NCBI RefSeq assembly: GCF_006345805.1
Contig: NC_043016.1
Coordinates: 14,260,001-14,324,000 of the forward strand
Direction of reading: 5' to 3'
Source of the DNA: Octopus sinensis
Taxonomy: Eukaryota
DNA length: 64,000 nt
This document shows positions 1 to 13,247 of the stretch, piece by piece. The position numbers and the translations under genes are program-made. Under the pieces are notes generated by a model. It worked only from the letters and a program-made list of their open reading frames with translations, was not told where the DNA came from and searched no databases. The number at the start of each line of letters is the position of its first letter. The stretch's first letter is position 1.

Positions 1-596
1 CTGGTCGCACATAAAAAGCACACACTACACTCTCGGGATGGTTAGCATCAGGAAGGGCATCCAGCTGTAGAAACTCTGCCAGATCAGATTGGAGCCTGGT
101 ACAGCCATCTGGTTTGCCAGACCTCAGTCAAATGAGAGGTACAATAAAAACAAAGCATAAGATTCTGGAAAATATATCGGTGAATAAGCATATCTGCATT
201 TTAGAGAATTGTGTATATTAGTGTGCATATATGTTCATGTGCATGTGTGTGCACTTCTGTTATAATTTACTTATTGTGTAAATGTATGTGTATTTGTATG
301 TATCCTACCACTCTGTGCACAACATTCCTCATAAGTGTGTATGTATATCTGCAGGTGAGCATGCATATGTGAAATCTAGTGTGCAAGCATATATGTGTAT
401 GTGTGTATGTATGTATGAATGCATTAATGTGAAAGTGTGAGACTGTTGTAAATAACTAACATTTCTTAAAATGTGTGTGTAAGTGTGTTACTGAGCCATT
501 TTGATATTCTTATTTAAAAATGGTGACAACTTTTCACCAGTGTTGCAATAATAATGAACAAAATTCTATTTTTGAAAGTTCAAAGAATCAGATTAC

Positions 597-674
597 CTTG
601 AAATTGTTTTCAAGCATAATAGTTTATGTCCAAAGAGGTCAAAACATTTATCTGTTGACAATGCATAGTTTAGT
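597..674 (-). other. Candidate 78-nt internal exon of an unidentified - strand gene (one open frame: [25 protein letters not shown])
   Basis: Acceptor TTGTTTCTAG| and donor CAAG|GTAATC. Symmetric phase 2-2. Product not recognised. Confidence 0.45.
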
Positions 675-716
675 CTAGAAACAAGAATACATACAAACAA
701 AATTTATATCTTAGCA

Positions 717-732
717 ATGCATACATACATAC

Positions 733-777
<45 letters not shown>

Positions 778-880
778 CACAAATATATATATATATATAT
801 ATATATACACAAATATATATATATACATACACAAATATATATATATATATATATATACACAAATATATATATATACATAC

Positions 881-937
<57 letters not shown>

Positions 938-1137
938 CACAAATATATATATATATACATACACAAATATATATATACATACACAAATATATATATATAT
1001 ACATACACAATATATATATATATATACATACACAATATATATATATATACATACACAAATATATATATATATACATACACATAAATATATATATATACAT
1101 ACACAAATATATATATATATACATACACAAATATATA

Positions 1138-1197
<60 letters not shown>
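717..1197. repeat. Compound (TA)n / ACATACACAA / (CA)n microsatellite, about 480 bp
   Basis: Directly visible. It accounts for the YI/CV-repeat ORFs. Confidence 0.97.
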
Positions 1198-1198
<1 letters not shown>

Positions 1199-1239
1199 AT
1201 AGATATATGTATAAATCCAGATGCAATCATATAGCTGAA

Positions 1240-3400
1240 ACTCTAGTAGGGTTAGAAATGAAATTGCAGGTGTGGAAGCAAAACCTGGAATCAAAGGGCC
1301 TTAAAGTTAACTTAGTAAAGAACAAAGTTCAAGTAAGCAAAAACACACAGAACAATACTCTCTTCATGTGATTGATTCAGTTAGTTACTAGAAGAGATGT
1401 TAGTACACTGTATGAAATTTCTAGGAAGCACAAACTGTGGTCAAACAAGAGAATGCAGTGGAATCACAGAAAGGTTAAAAGAGAAAGTAGACTTTGTTGT
1501 TGTAGATGCACTGGTGAAATTACAACAAACAGGAAACAGATTTCTTCAAATGCCCATGAGGGCCCTTTAGGGGAAATAGGCAGTTTCTGTTAGCTAGTTA
1601 ACCAAACTAATTAACAATAGAAGAGGATACTCAGAAAGCATAGTTGCCGGAATATCTGTCTCTCACCATTTCACATCTGACTTCATCCCTAGTATTGTGC
1701 ATCTCTTTTGCACACACACACACACACACTTCACATCATCTTTACAACCACATATTATCTCCCAGGCCGATACCCGCTACCCCCACCTGGTATTCATGAC
1801 TAATAATGCCTCAACCCAAGCTGATTACCCACTGAATTTCCCTTTATCCCCATCTCTATGCACCTGCCACTCACTCCACCCTCATGAACTCATTTACCTG
1901 CTCAAACAACTTCTCTTATATTCACCCCTATGTAACTTGAGGGTACACCCTGACACAACTTGACCACTACCACCTTTCTTTTTCAACTGGGGTAATCACA
2001 TATCACCTGTAGAGCAAGATACCTGTCGCTCTGTTATACTTTAGCCTTTCATCACCTCTCATCAACCCACCAACCTCAAGACTACAATATACTACAATTC
2101 CACATTCAAGGACTCTTGTCTTGTGAGTTAATACTTTAGAGGTAGTTGATAATTTGTTACTTAGGTGATGTAATTAGCAGCAGAGGAGGATGTTCCGAAG
2201 GTCTAGTTCAGTGGTTCCCAACCTTTTTATTTAAATGAGTTTTCCCATGGGCCCCTTTGAATATGCTTATACTTACATGTGTGTGTGTGTGTATATGAAA
2301 TTTTCATAAGACCCCTCCCCCACCCGAGGGACGATCAGAGGTCCATGGACCCCAAGTTGGGAACCACTGGCCTAGTGGCTGAAATTAAAACTGTCTGGGG
2401 GAAAGTTTTGAGGACAGTTATCTTTGATAAGAAAGGGCCTCTCCTTCAAAGTGAAAGGCAGATTGTATGATGCTTGTGTAAGAACAGCAATGTTACACAG
2501 TTGCAAAAGGTGGGCTGTGAATGCAGAGAATATGTTAAAGCTTGAAAGAAATGCAGCTCGCATGCTATGCTGAATGTTCATTGTCAGTGTGCATGTATGG
2601 GAAAAAGTGTTGAGAGAAAAACTGAGCATAAGAGGCATCAGATGCAGTGTGCAAAAGAGAAGACCATGCTGGTATGGCTGCGTGATGCTGACAGGAGGTG
2701 AAGACAGCTGCATAAGGAAGTGCCATTCACTAAATGAGGACGGAATCTGTGGAAGACGAAAACCTAGGAAAACAGGAAATAAAGTGATGAAAAATGACTT
2801 TCAGATGTTGGACCTCACAAAGGAGATGACAAAGAATCAAGACAATTGGTGATTTGCTGCACTTGAGAAGACCCAACCATCAAAGAAAAATCAAGACCAT
2901 AAAGGCATATCTCATATCTGTGCCCCTAAGAAATATCTCCCCCCTAAACTCATCTTCCTAATACTCGCTTTCCTCCACCCATGTTAACCATCCACTACAT
3001 TCCCTCTCTACCCCCCCCTATCCAATCCTCTCCACCATTTCACTTATACACACTTCCTTCTAACTTAAGGGTATGACCTGACACATCATCTTCACCAGCT
3101 TCTCTCTCTTTCCTCCCTCTTTTCTTCCATTTGGAGTAGCCATGCATCATCTCCTGTACAAGATACCTTTGTTTTTTTTATACCTGTTATACTTTTTTAA
3201 CTTCTCATCACCAAATACAAAGCCACCTGCATCATAATTACTCCCACTCAGTTAAGGGGTCATGTCTTGCAAGTTACTTGGTGACCTCACTGGTCGCTGG
3301 TGTCACATAAAAAGCAACAAGTACAACTGTGGAAATGGTGCCTGAGGTGACAGAGTTTGGTACAGTTATCTATCCAACCTGTGAAAATGGGTTCTCATTC
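1240..3400 (+). mobile_element. RTE LINE fragments (ORF2 C-terminus and 3'UTR), split by a hAT MITE
   Basis: Similar to the 21900-22700 copy. WYGCVM..CHSL..GRRKPRKT motif followed by a pyrimidine-rich 3'UTR. Confidence 0.75.
2209..2369. mobile_element. hAT/Charlie-like MITE
   Basis: TIR CAGTGGTTCCCAAC / GTTGGGAACCACTG. 8-bp flanks GTCTAGTT / GCCTAGTG. Confidence 0.8.
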
Positions 3401-3429
3401 CTAAGGTATTTGCAATGTTATTATTATTA

Positions 3430-3865
3430 TTATTGCTTGGAATCGAACTCGGAATCTGGGGGTTAGTAGCCCACGCTCTTAACCACTACGCCATATGCTC
3501 ATGGGCAATTACGGAGTGAATTTTATGGCTTATAAATCTAATATTTTTCTATCCTTCCTTAATACCAGTTCCCCATATGCTGCTCATATCTGCACTCGGT
3601 CTGCTTAGGAGGTTGTTGTGTCCTAGCATATGTGCTGCTTCCTTTAGTTTTCGTATTTTCCAGTGGTGTTCTTTGTCTATTATTTTAACTTCATCCCACA
3701 GTGGAGGGTCTCCATTTTTCCATACATGATCAGCTATACACGATTTATCAATATCTCCTCAAGACACCTGAAGAAGGATGGAGGGTATATCAGCTGAAAT
3801 GTTGTGTTAACAACAAACAAGATGAGGACAAATATCCATTGAATGTAAATAATGTACATAATTCC
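3430..3865 (-). mobile_element. Penelope-like fragment: ORF C-terminus, tRNA-like cassette and inverted pLTR piece with a degenerate hammerhead
   Basis: - strand translation DKSCIADHVWKNGDPPLWDEVKIIDKEHHWKIRKLKEAAHMLG* (about 3750-3550). A box/B box element at 3500-3434. + strand CTGAAGA-AGGATG..CAGCT-GAAAT at 3768-3800. Confidence 0.7.
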
Positions 3866-6069
3866 TCTTCATCATCATCGTTTAATGTCCGTTTTCCATG
3901 CTAGCACGGGTTGGACAATTCGACCGGGGTCTGAGAAGCCAGGAGGCTGAACCAGGCTCCAGTCTGATCTGGCAGTGTTTCTACAGCTGGAAGCCCTTCC
4001 TAATGCCAACCACTCCATGAGTGTAGTGGGTGCTTTTTATGTGCCACCGGCACAGGTGCCAGGGGAGGCCGGCAGCGGCCACGATCAGTTGGTGCTTTTT
4101 ACGTGCCACCGGCACAGAAGCCTATCAAGGCAGTGCTGGCATTGGCCACGTTCGGATGGTGCTTTTTATGTGCCACCGGCACAGAAGCCAGTCAAGGCGG
4201 CACTGACATCGGCCACATTCGGATGGTGCTTTTTACGTGCCGCCAGCACAGGTATCGTAACTACAATTTCCTCCTCTCTTAAATATAGAACTGTAAGGAA
4301 AATGGAGATTAAATGAGGACACACACACAAATATATATACATACATACACATATAATAATCATCATCATCATCCTTTAACATCCATGTTCCATGCTGGCA
4401 TGGGATGGATGGTTTATCAAGAATCCAGTGGATCCAAGGACAACATCTTGCTCCAGTATCTGCTTCAGCAAAGTTTCTACAGTTGGATGCCCTTCCAAAT
4501 GCCAACCACTTTACAGTTTGTACTAGGTACATTTTTTTTTGCATCACCAACACTAGTGCGGTCACCATATAGTTCACAAGTCTTGAAACTTAATTGGGGG
4601 TAACTGTGTTCTTATGTTTCGAGGGGTGGTGATGAAGATATGGGCGAAGAGGTTGGGGTTCTTGTTGTTAGGGAGCTACATGGCTACTCACATTTAGGAG
4701 AATGAATTGGTGGTATTTCCAAAGAGATCGTAGCAAAGAGGTACCCAGGTGGCACCTTCATAGGAAGAGTTGCAATGAATGAGGGTTTGGTGGAAGAGGT
4801 AAGGAGAGTGGGAGTAAGAGAGGGAGGTAGGCAACATCTGTAAATATTAAGGGTTGAGGAGATGGGGTGTATGAGTTGAGGTGGGGGAGCTAGAGGGAAG
4901 CTAGCAGAAGGGTGGTCATCATGATACCATTGACGGGGGGTGGGGGCAGAGAAGAGAGATGATGAGTTTGGGTAAGCTACAGGAGCTGAGGAGAGAGATA
5001 GACAGGTGTAGTGCATGAGGAGAGATGATTTCATGGTCCAAGGAGGGGAGAATAGGGTGGCTATTGTAACATGGATGTGGAGAACAATATCAATGGATGA
5101 AGAATGACTAACAAGTGAGATGTTTCTGGATAGCAAGAGAGAAAAATTGTAACAGGATGGAAGGAAAAAGCTGGAGTGGTAGAGATGCAAGGGTGGGGTG
5201 AGGCAACATGAGAGGAAAATTAGAGGATTGAATGATTGAGGTGAACATATCTCTCTCACTCTCTCTCTCTTCATATATATACATAATGTAGCTGTGTGGT
5301 AAGAAACTTGCTTCCCAACCACAAGGTTCTGGGTTCGGTTCCACTCTGTGACACCCTTGGGCAAGTAGATTCTACTTTCGCCACAGACTGACTAAAGCCT
5401 TGTGAGTGGATGGAAACTGAAAGAAGCCTGTCGTATATATTTATATATGTATCTTGGACCATCTAACATAAGAAGATGTGAGGGAAAGCAGACAGGAAAG
5501 GAACAACAGACTAGGGTGGAAGAGCCCTTGAAGGAAAGAATGGCTGGAGTATTAGGGTGCTGAGTAGATAGACAAGCTGTGGGTGGGAGGATGGCAAGAG
5601 AAAAGGTGGCTGAGAGAGAGAGAGAACAGTGGAGAAGACAACATTGGAAAGGATACCACGGTAGGAGAATGAAGAGGAAGAGTAGAGTGTGTATGCTGTG
5701 GAGGAGGGGGGGTAGTGAGATAAAGGTAAGAGGAAGATGTTAGATGATGGGCGTTGAGAGCAGTGTATAGTGAAGTATAGCAGTGTTGCACTGATAATTG
5801 TAAGTCTATCATAGGTTCAATACCTGCACTGGGCAGTGTGTTGTGTTCTTGAGCAAAGCATTCTATTCAATGTTGTTCTGTGATAACTTTGACACTGACG
5901 TGTGGCACTCTGTACACTGGACCAGGTAGTGTTAATTTGATGGAAGAACAACTAATGGTGCAGCACAAGAGTTTGGTCACTATAAATAAATTATCTGTAC
6001 AGATTGCTCAAGAAATTGCAGAACCGTTTTTCTCAGCTTATGAGAGACAACTATTAATCTCCCTCTCTA

Positions 6070-6129
<60 letters not shown>

Positions 6130-6910
6130 ATTAATCTTCTCTCTTTGCTCTTTCACACCATTTGGGCTCAACTCTCCTCCCCGACTCCTACTTCTCTTCA
6201 CTCCTACATCTTTTCACCCCTACTCTCTTTCCCTTTTCTCCCTTACTCTTTCTCTCCGCTCCCTCACTCTCCTTCTCTCCCCCTCCCTCCTCCTTCTTCC
6301 CACCTAACTCTCCTCTCTTGCCCCAACTCCTACTTCCCTTCACCTCTACTCTCTTTCTCTCCCCTCCTACTCTCTTACTCTCTCCTCCTCACATACCCAC
6401 CTTCACCTCCCACATAAGCCCACCCACCCCTACACCACCTTCCCATCCTATCCACACCCACCCCACCCCTCTGCCTACCCACAAACCCCGCCCATGTTTT
6501 CCCCACTCTCGCCTCTCCCACCTCCCAACAACATCACACCACCCATACACCTATCACCACATCTTCACACTTACACATACACACACACATCCAGACCACC
6601 AGCCCTCTTTCACACGCACATACATACTCTCTTATACACACACGCACCTTCGTGTTGGGGGTCATCTTTACTTTGTTATCTCCCCTACTTTCCTTCCTGT
6701 GTTTGACCCTCTGTCCGGCACTAGCCGCCATGATAGATCGTTAGCCACTACACACATTTTTTTCTTTCCTTGTTTTTTCTGTAGAAGAGCGTAAGCTCAA
6801 AATGTAAAAGACTTTTTTCTATTCCTGAGCGTTATACTAATACATCTGTTTGTTTTGTACACCACCTGTCTTCGTTTTTTGTTTTTTTCTTAAACTCTCC
6901 CTATATATAT
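6130..6910 (+). mobile_element. Penelope-like 3' end / pLTR with degenerate hammerhead (6775-6810)
   Basis: Pyrimidine-rich tract followed by the same terminal sequence as 24780-24850 in the opposite orientation. Confidence 0.55.
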
Positions 6911-7404
6911 ACAAGTAAATTGGTTTCAAACCCTAAACAGGAATGGCTCACAAATCAGAAATACAACAACAAAAAGTGATTCTCAAGATAGAAACGTGTG
7001 TGGCTATGTGGTTGGGTTGATTAAAACCTCATGAGTGGATTTGGTAAGCAGAAATTGAAAGGAGCCCATCGTGTGTATATGTAATGGATAATGGACAAAA
7101 GAATACAATTGTGAATATTGATTACAAATGGGATTCCTCCATAGGTTCTTTGCAGGAACATTAGTTGAGAGACCCAGGGCAGCTCTTCCATTTGCAACCC
7201 CCTGACCCCACATAAAACACATTGCCTACAGCAGACCCAAAAGTGGTGGCCCATTAAAAGTGTCGCCCAGGGCTGACTGCCTCTACTGCGTCCCCCCCAC
7301 CCCAGCTATGCTAGTGAATGGGGTCGATTCATTCAACAAAAGATTCTTTAAGGTGGTGCCCCAGGATGGCCACAGCCTAATGACTGAAATGAGTGTGTGT
7401 ATAC

Positions 7405-7700
7405 ATGGGGCTGTGCTATTGGTGCAGGTGGCTCTGGCTTTCCGCATCTGGCGTTTCTGTTCTGCTGACTGAATCCGTCTCTCCTCGGCTGTCTTTGCTC
7501 CTGTGGTGATTGCGCTGCTCCAGGATGAGCGGTCGGCAGCAAGTGTTTCCCAAGTCTCTGTGCCGATGGAGAAGTCTTTGAGAGAGACTTTGAGACTGTC
7601 CTTGAGGGAGGGGCTTCCTTGCCCGGATTGGCCTCACCAGCCACCTCCGGTCTCATAGCAGCAATTCCACCAAATGATATCAATGGTCATCTTCGAACCC
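7405..7700 (-). mobile_element. BovB-type RTE 3' fragment
   Basis: - strand frame LKDSLKVSLKDFSIGTETWETLAADRSSWSSAITTGAKTAEERRIQSAEQKRQMRKARA. Confidence 0.75.
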
Positions 7701-8043
7701 GAAGAACGAACATTATTATATATGTATATACACACAGACACAAATACACATGTGTGTGTCCATGTGTGTATGTCGTGTGTATCTTTGCCTTGACATCATG
7801 TGATAGCTGAGCATCAATGTTATATAAGTGATGTTGTTTGGTCCCAGTCTTCTATGGAAAACACTTTCTGATCATGAGGGAAATATTACCTTGCTTGGAA
7901 ACAGGTGATGGTTGGTGACAGGAAGGGCATCCAGCTGTGGAAAAGCTGCTACAACAAATTTTGTGAGACCCATGTAAACATAGAAAAGTGAATGTTAAAT
8001 GATGACGAGGCACAGGGTTGGCTGTGTGGTAAGTAGCTTGCTT

Positions 8044-9721
8044 CCACTGGCATATGGGTGTTGATTTTTTTGTCATTGAAAGAGTGAGTTGTTACCGTTG
8101 TTTTATTGTTGAAATTTTGAACTGTTGTATTGCGAAATTGTTGGCCTGTTGTGAGAAGGCTCTTCCCCAGTCATGGGTGAAGCTGCAAGGAGTAGTTATA
8201 CGTCGGCCGTGATTAAAAGTACACCACCCAACACCCTGTAAGTTTGGCAAATTGTGGTCGAAGAAAGTAAATGGAAAGATGCAAGAAAGTTGTTGAACAA
8301 GGATGGAGAGAGTCTTTTACTGACACCCCCAGTGAAAGTTAGTAAAAAGGTGGAAAATAGAACTGTCGTCTACAGAATGTAGTCAACAGTCCTGAAGAAA
8401 ATTGAGGTAGCTCCAATAGAGGAGATTGAAGAATGTTTAAAGGAGGTGAAGGAGTATACCACCTTCTATACCAGAGGAAGAAAATTTGGCACAGTGGAGG
8501 TTAGGTTCACTAGCGAGGAGTTAGAAATAAACCACTCTACTGTGTCAATTAAAACCAAGTTGAGGACCTTACTACCAAGTTATTGTGGAAGAAGAGTGTC
8601 CTGAAATAGAGGAGGCATGGCTGGAGGCAGCAGTGATGGAAAATATGGAAGATGAAGCAAAAGTATTGAAAATAACGAGAACAGAGGAAATCAACTGATG
8701 GGCACATGGGCTGGAACTCACGGTTCTAGTTGGCCTAATGGAGATGCATGAGATTGCAGAAGAGGTGAGATTACTAGATGGATATACAATGAGAATAATG
8801 GTGGAAGGGAGACCTCCTACCAGCTATCAATGTGGTAAAAAAGATAATTTAAGGGCTGTTTGCTCACAGAATGAAGAGGAGAAGGTGGAAGTAGTGGAAC
8901 AGAAGGAAGAAACCCCAATAGTAGTGGAGCAGGCAATGGAGGTTGATTGTACTGTGCCGAAGAGGAGGAAGAACAGTGGAGACTCACCTCCAAAGATTGT
9001 GAGAAAGAAGAGAAGAGGTGGGAAAAAGGAAAAAAATGAATGAGAAGCCAGAAAATGGCAAGATGAAGGAAAAAAATGTGGAAATGTGTGAATGGAGGAC
9101 GATAGTGAGAAGACTATACGGAGGGTGGAGGAAGATGAAAGTTCGAAGATTGTCATGAGTGAAAGACGGGAAGAGGAGGAATTTGAATTGACAGACGACG
9201 AGGATGAAGTGATGGATGAGAGTGAACAGGAGTAAAGGAGGAATAATTTTGGAAGGAATATTCGGAATTTGATAATTTACAAGTGTGGAAATTGAGGAAA
9301 AAGTCACAAAAATGAAGAACTTCAGAGTCAAATTGATAGGTAAGGATATTTTAGAGCTATTTTATTAGAAAGAGATAGAGGTGAAAGATTACAGACATTG
9401 TTTGAAAGGAAAATGATAGTCACCAAGTGGCAGGTTTGATATGACGAGCTGTCACCGGTGGTGGGATATGAAGAATTGAAACCATGAAGGACTCATTATG
9501 AACTAAAGTTCTTTGTGAAAAATTGTTTATCTTAAAAAGACTGCTAATTGTTGTATAAATAGTAAAAGTGGAACTGCCTGCTTGTGGCGGGTAGGTAATC
9601 CACTTCATCTTCATCAAATTCATGTAATTCATTTGTATATGTTTTATGTACCCCACTGTTTTGTCCTTGTATGACTTTGTATCGTCCCCCTCTGTGTTTG
9701 AGCCCTTGTAGCTAATAAAGA
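8044..9721 (+). mobile_element. L1/Tx1-like non-LTR insert with decayed gag-like ORF1 and 3' end, lacking most of ORF2
   Basis: Degenerate zinc knuckle (PPTSYQCGKKDNLRAVC) and basic/acidic tail. AATAAA at the 3' end. 13-bp TSD AAGTAGCTTGCTT at 8031-8043 and 9722-9734 inside a SINE head. Confidence 0.65.
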
Positions 9722-10127
9722 AAGTAGCTTGCTTACGAACTATATGGTTCCGGGTTCAGTCCCACTGTGTGGCACCTTGGGCAAGTGTCTTCTACTATAG
9801 CCTTGGTCTGACCAAAGCCTTGTGAGTGGATTTGGTAGACAGAAACTGAAAGAAGCCTGTCGTATATATGTATATATATATATTTATTTATTTATGTGTG
9901 TGTATATTTGTGTCTGTGTTTGTACCCCAACATCACTTGACAACTGATGCTGGTGTGTTTATGACCCCATAACAGTGGTTTGGCAAGAGAGACCGATAGA
10001 ATAAGTACTAGGCTTACAAAGAATAAGTCCTGGGGGTTGATTTGTTCGACTAAAGATGATGTTTCAGCATGGCCACAAGCAAATGACTGAAACAAGTAAA
10101 AGAATAAAATGAATATGTCTGAATTAC

Positions 10128-10169
10128 AACTGTCTGACGAATGGGAACATGAAACTCTGAGTAACAGTT
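10128..10169 (+). ncRNA. Type I hammerhead ribozyme with intact core, in a Penelope pseudo-LTR-like repeat (about 10110-10295)
   Basis: AACTGT-CTGACGA-ATG(GGAA)CAT-GAAA-CTCTGAG-TA/ACAGTT. Stem I 6 bp, stem II 3 bp with GNRA loop, short stem III. Predicted GUA cleavage after 10163. Confidence 0.75.
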
Positions 10170-10689
10170 TTTTTTGTGATGTTTTTGCAGCTTTAATAAT
10201 AATAAAGCATATTACTCTACCTCCGGTATTCAAGTACTACTTTTTCTCACCCGGTTTCAGATTTACATGCTTACTCTGGTATATATTTTTATATATAGTT
10301 TTTCTTAACCACAAAGCTACACAGTATGGTTAAGAAGTTTGTTTCTCAACCACAGGGTTTCAGATTCAGTCCCACTGTGTGGAACTTTGGGCAAGTGTCT
10401 TCTACTATAGCCCTGGGCTAACCAAAGCCTTGCATGTGAATTTGGTGGGCAAAAGCTGAAAGAAATCCATCACATTCATGTGTGTGTGTATGTGTGGCTC
10501 CTTGCCTTGACATTGCATGATTATTGCAAAAGCATGTCTGTCTGTAGGGAAATATTACCTTGTTTAGCAACAAGAAAAAAAATCTACTTCAATAAACTCC
10601 ATCTGTCCCAAGCAAGCATTAAGAGGTGAAAATTAAAACAATGACAACACACACGCACATTGAATTACCAGCCTCCATAACTACCATCA

Positions 10690-11500
10690 TTTCAATGCAT
10701 GTTTTGCTGTGAATGGTCGAGTCTTTCACAGCACTCATTTCAATAATCAGTCAGCTTCTTCTTCATCTCCTCCACAAGCTGTGGCACCTTCAGGTCGCTT
10801 TTCACTTGATTCCGAGTTTTCCTTGGTCTCCTACTTCCATGAGCTCCACTAATTTGGAGCACTTGACATCCTTATACAGCGATCATCCTCCATTCACATC
10901 TCATGCCCATACCAACCGCCTTCTCTCTTGCACATTGTACTTAGTTTTTCTCTCGGCTGGTTTGTACCCTGGCGCTTATGCACAACTAATATTACACAAC
11001 CACAGAGCATACTTCATTTCTTTCCAACCTTCACAAGTCTTTTACATTCAAAGCCTGTATCTCACTACCATGCAGAATTGCAAATTCTAACACAAGCATC
11101 ATACAATTTGACCATCACTCTGAGAGAGGAAGGCCTTTGTTACCAGCAGTGTTAATAGCACCGTGAACTTTTGCCAACCTGTTCTTATTCTGGTTTCTAT
11201 AATTCCAGAGCAATCACATCCACAGCTACTTATGTCAACAACAGAAACTATCAACTACTTAAATAGTGAGTGAACCAACCAGGCATTTAAGAGACTAATT
11301 CGCTTAAATGCCCAGCTCTTAGTCATTATTTTGTATGTGGTCCTTCTGTTACCTACAAAGCCTGCTTTTTCCATCAAAGTGCCTCTAATTCCACAATATC
11401 TCTGGTACATCCACAGCTTATACAGGGTACAACATATGGAGTTCCTATCTACTCTTTTTCTATATTGAGTCTATATTGAGTCCAGCCATTTCCCTGGAAA
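10690..11500 (-). mobile_element. Degenerate RTE LINE 3' fragment
   Basis: Reverse complement resembles the ORF2 thumb region at 22300-22700. Confidence 0.6.
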
Positions 11501-11713
11501 CACCAGGGTCGAAAATTCTTTACTGCTTGCCTTGGCCAAGTTTGAGGCCCCTTGATTGTAGGTTTTGTTTTCCCGTCTGGAATACATACACATATTTATT
11601 TATAAACTTGCTCCCAATTCAAATATACTTGAGACATATTCAAACAAGAACGCCATTCGTTTATTTTGTCATGGAGAAAAATTCTGGCTGTAGACAAAAA
11701 GGTGTAAACATAC

Positions 11714-11830
11714 CAGGTCAATTCGGAGAGCCCTCACCTCACCCCCGACTACTGTTTTTGTTAACAGTGAGAATTTTTTCTTCGTGAAAATAAATGCAGT
11801 GAACAGCCTTCTGGCGGTTTCGAATGCCTG
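11714..11830 (-). other. Candidate alternative first exon of the - strand transcript
   Basis: Donor CTG|GTATGT in CpG-containing non-repeat sequence. No strong acceptor seen. Confidence 0.35.
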
Positions 11831-11893
11831 AAGCGTATCTGAACTGGTGACATGTTTATATTTATTTATATAAATCACTTAGTGCTTCTAATC

Positions 11894-11938
<45 letters not shown>

Positions 11939-12303
11939 CAATATACATATGCACGCATTCATATATACATACATTTATGCCTTACCTAGTACCCTCAACT
12001 CCTATAGAAGTCATAGGGGTACAGTTGTGACGTAAGGTGTGTCTTGGGCATCCTAAAACCTGGTGGGGCCCATCCTCCTATTGATTAAGAAAGAAAAACT
12101 GACACTTTATTTATCGATCCCAAATGGATAAAAGGCAAAGTTGACCTCGGCGAGATTTGAACCCAAAGCACAGAGAACCGGAACGATTACCGCAAACCAA
12201 TATATTCAAAGCTTTAACGACTGACAATCGGCTGCTCTACTCACACATACATACATACAAAACATACATACACATACGTATAGACACACACACACATATA
12301 TAG

Positions 12304-12346
<43 letters not shown>

Positions 12347-12809
12347 GTATATGTATATATATGGCGTGTGTATATATATGGCGTGTGTATATATATGTGT
12401 GTGTGTGTGGCACACCTATTACCAAATGTTAGTAAATAATGTTATACATAGACCCGAATAAAATAGTACAAATGACACAAGAATACTTCAAAATTGTACA
12501 TTTTTGGGGGAAAATCTCCAAAAAAGCTGTGTGTATATAGCATAGAAACATGTTATTTTGTAGAAGATAGTTGTACCTTCCAAACCATAATTTATTTCCA
12601 TGTTTATTACATCAAGGTGCTTGCAACAGCTTCTGCGACCACATTCATTATATTACACTTAATAATTGTCAAATGAAATATTAAAACAGTGGAAGGAGTT
12701 CGACCATACTTAAAAGAACTTTTGCTAAAAAAAGACACAAACGAATGGTTAGAATGAATATATTTTCAAGTTAATGGAAGAAGCCCATACAGTTCTGAAC
12801 ACTACTTAC

Positions 12810-12916
12810 CTCAATACAACTAGTAGATAGTATATCCTCTGAATATGTAGTATATATTTTCATAAGAACTATGTGTAATTCCTACTGGAAGTGTTGATGA
12901 TATTACAAAAGAGCAG
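12810..12916 (-). other. Candidate 107-nt exon of the - strand transcript
   Basis: Acceptor ATCTTCTACAG| and consensus donor GAG|GTAAGT. Stops in all three through-frames, so 5'UTR or start-containing (possible MKIYTTYSEDILSTSCIE). Confidence 0.5.
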
Positions 12917-13150
12917 CTGTAGAAGATTGTTTATTTGTGTACGTAAATACACACTGACAACACACTTGGAATTGTGTGTTGGTAAATATTCATTCATGTG
13001 TACTTCTTATACACAGTTGGGTGTGTATCTGTGTATATAAATACAATGTGTATATATACACACATATATATATATATATATATGTGTGTGTGTATACACA
13101 AATATATATTTGTATCTTTGAGTGTATGTGTGTGTATATATATATATATG

Positions 13151-13181
<31 letters not shown>

Positions 13182-13214
13182 GTATGTGTGTGTGTATATA
13201 GATATATATAGATG

Positions 13215-13247
<33 letters not shown>

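Noticed and set aside
670-1294. Long ORFs of 150-196 aa
   Set aside because: These are translations of (TA)n/(CA)n microsatellite. The same applies to 12976-13248, 15224-15811 and 49686-50173.
3434-3500. Functional tRNA-Ser(ACT) gene
   Set aside because: No complete acceptor stem, and it is embedded in a retroelement. Kept only as a tRNA-derived cassette.
4256-4293. - strand exon after the strong acceptor TTTTCCTTACAG
   Set aside because: It runs into a repeat with no convincing donor, so it cannot be supported without RNA data.
4684-6794. Pro/Ser/Leu-rich ORFs (226 aa, 210 aa)
   Set aside because: Low-complexity translations of purine/pyrimidine-skewed retroelement UTR sequence.
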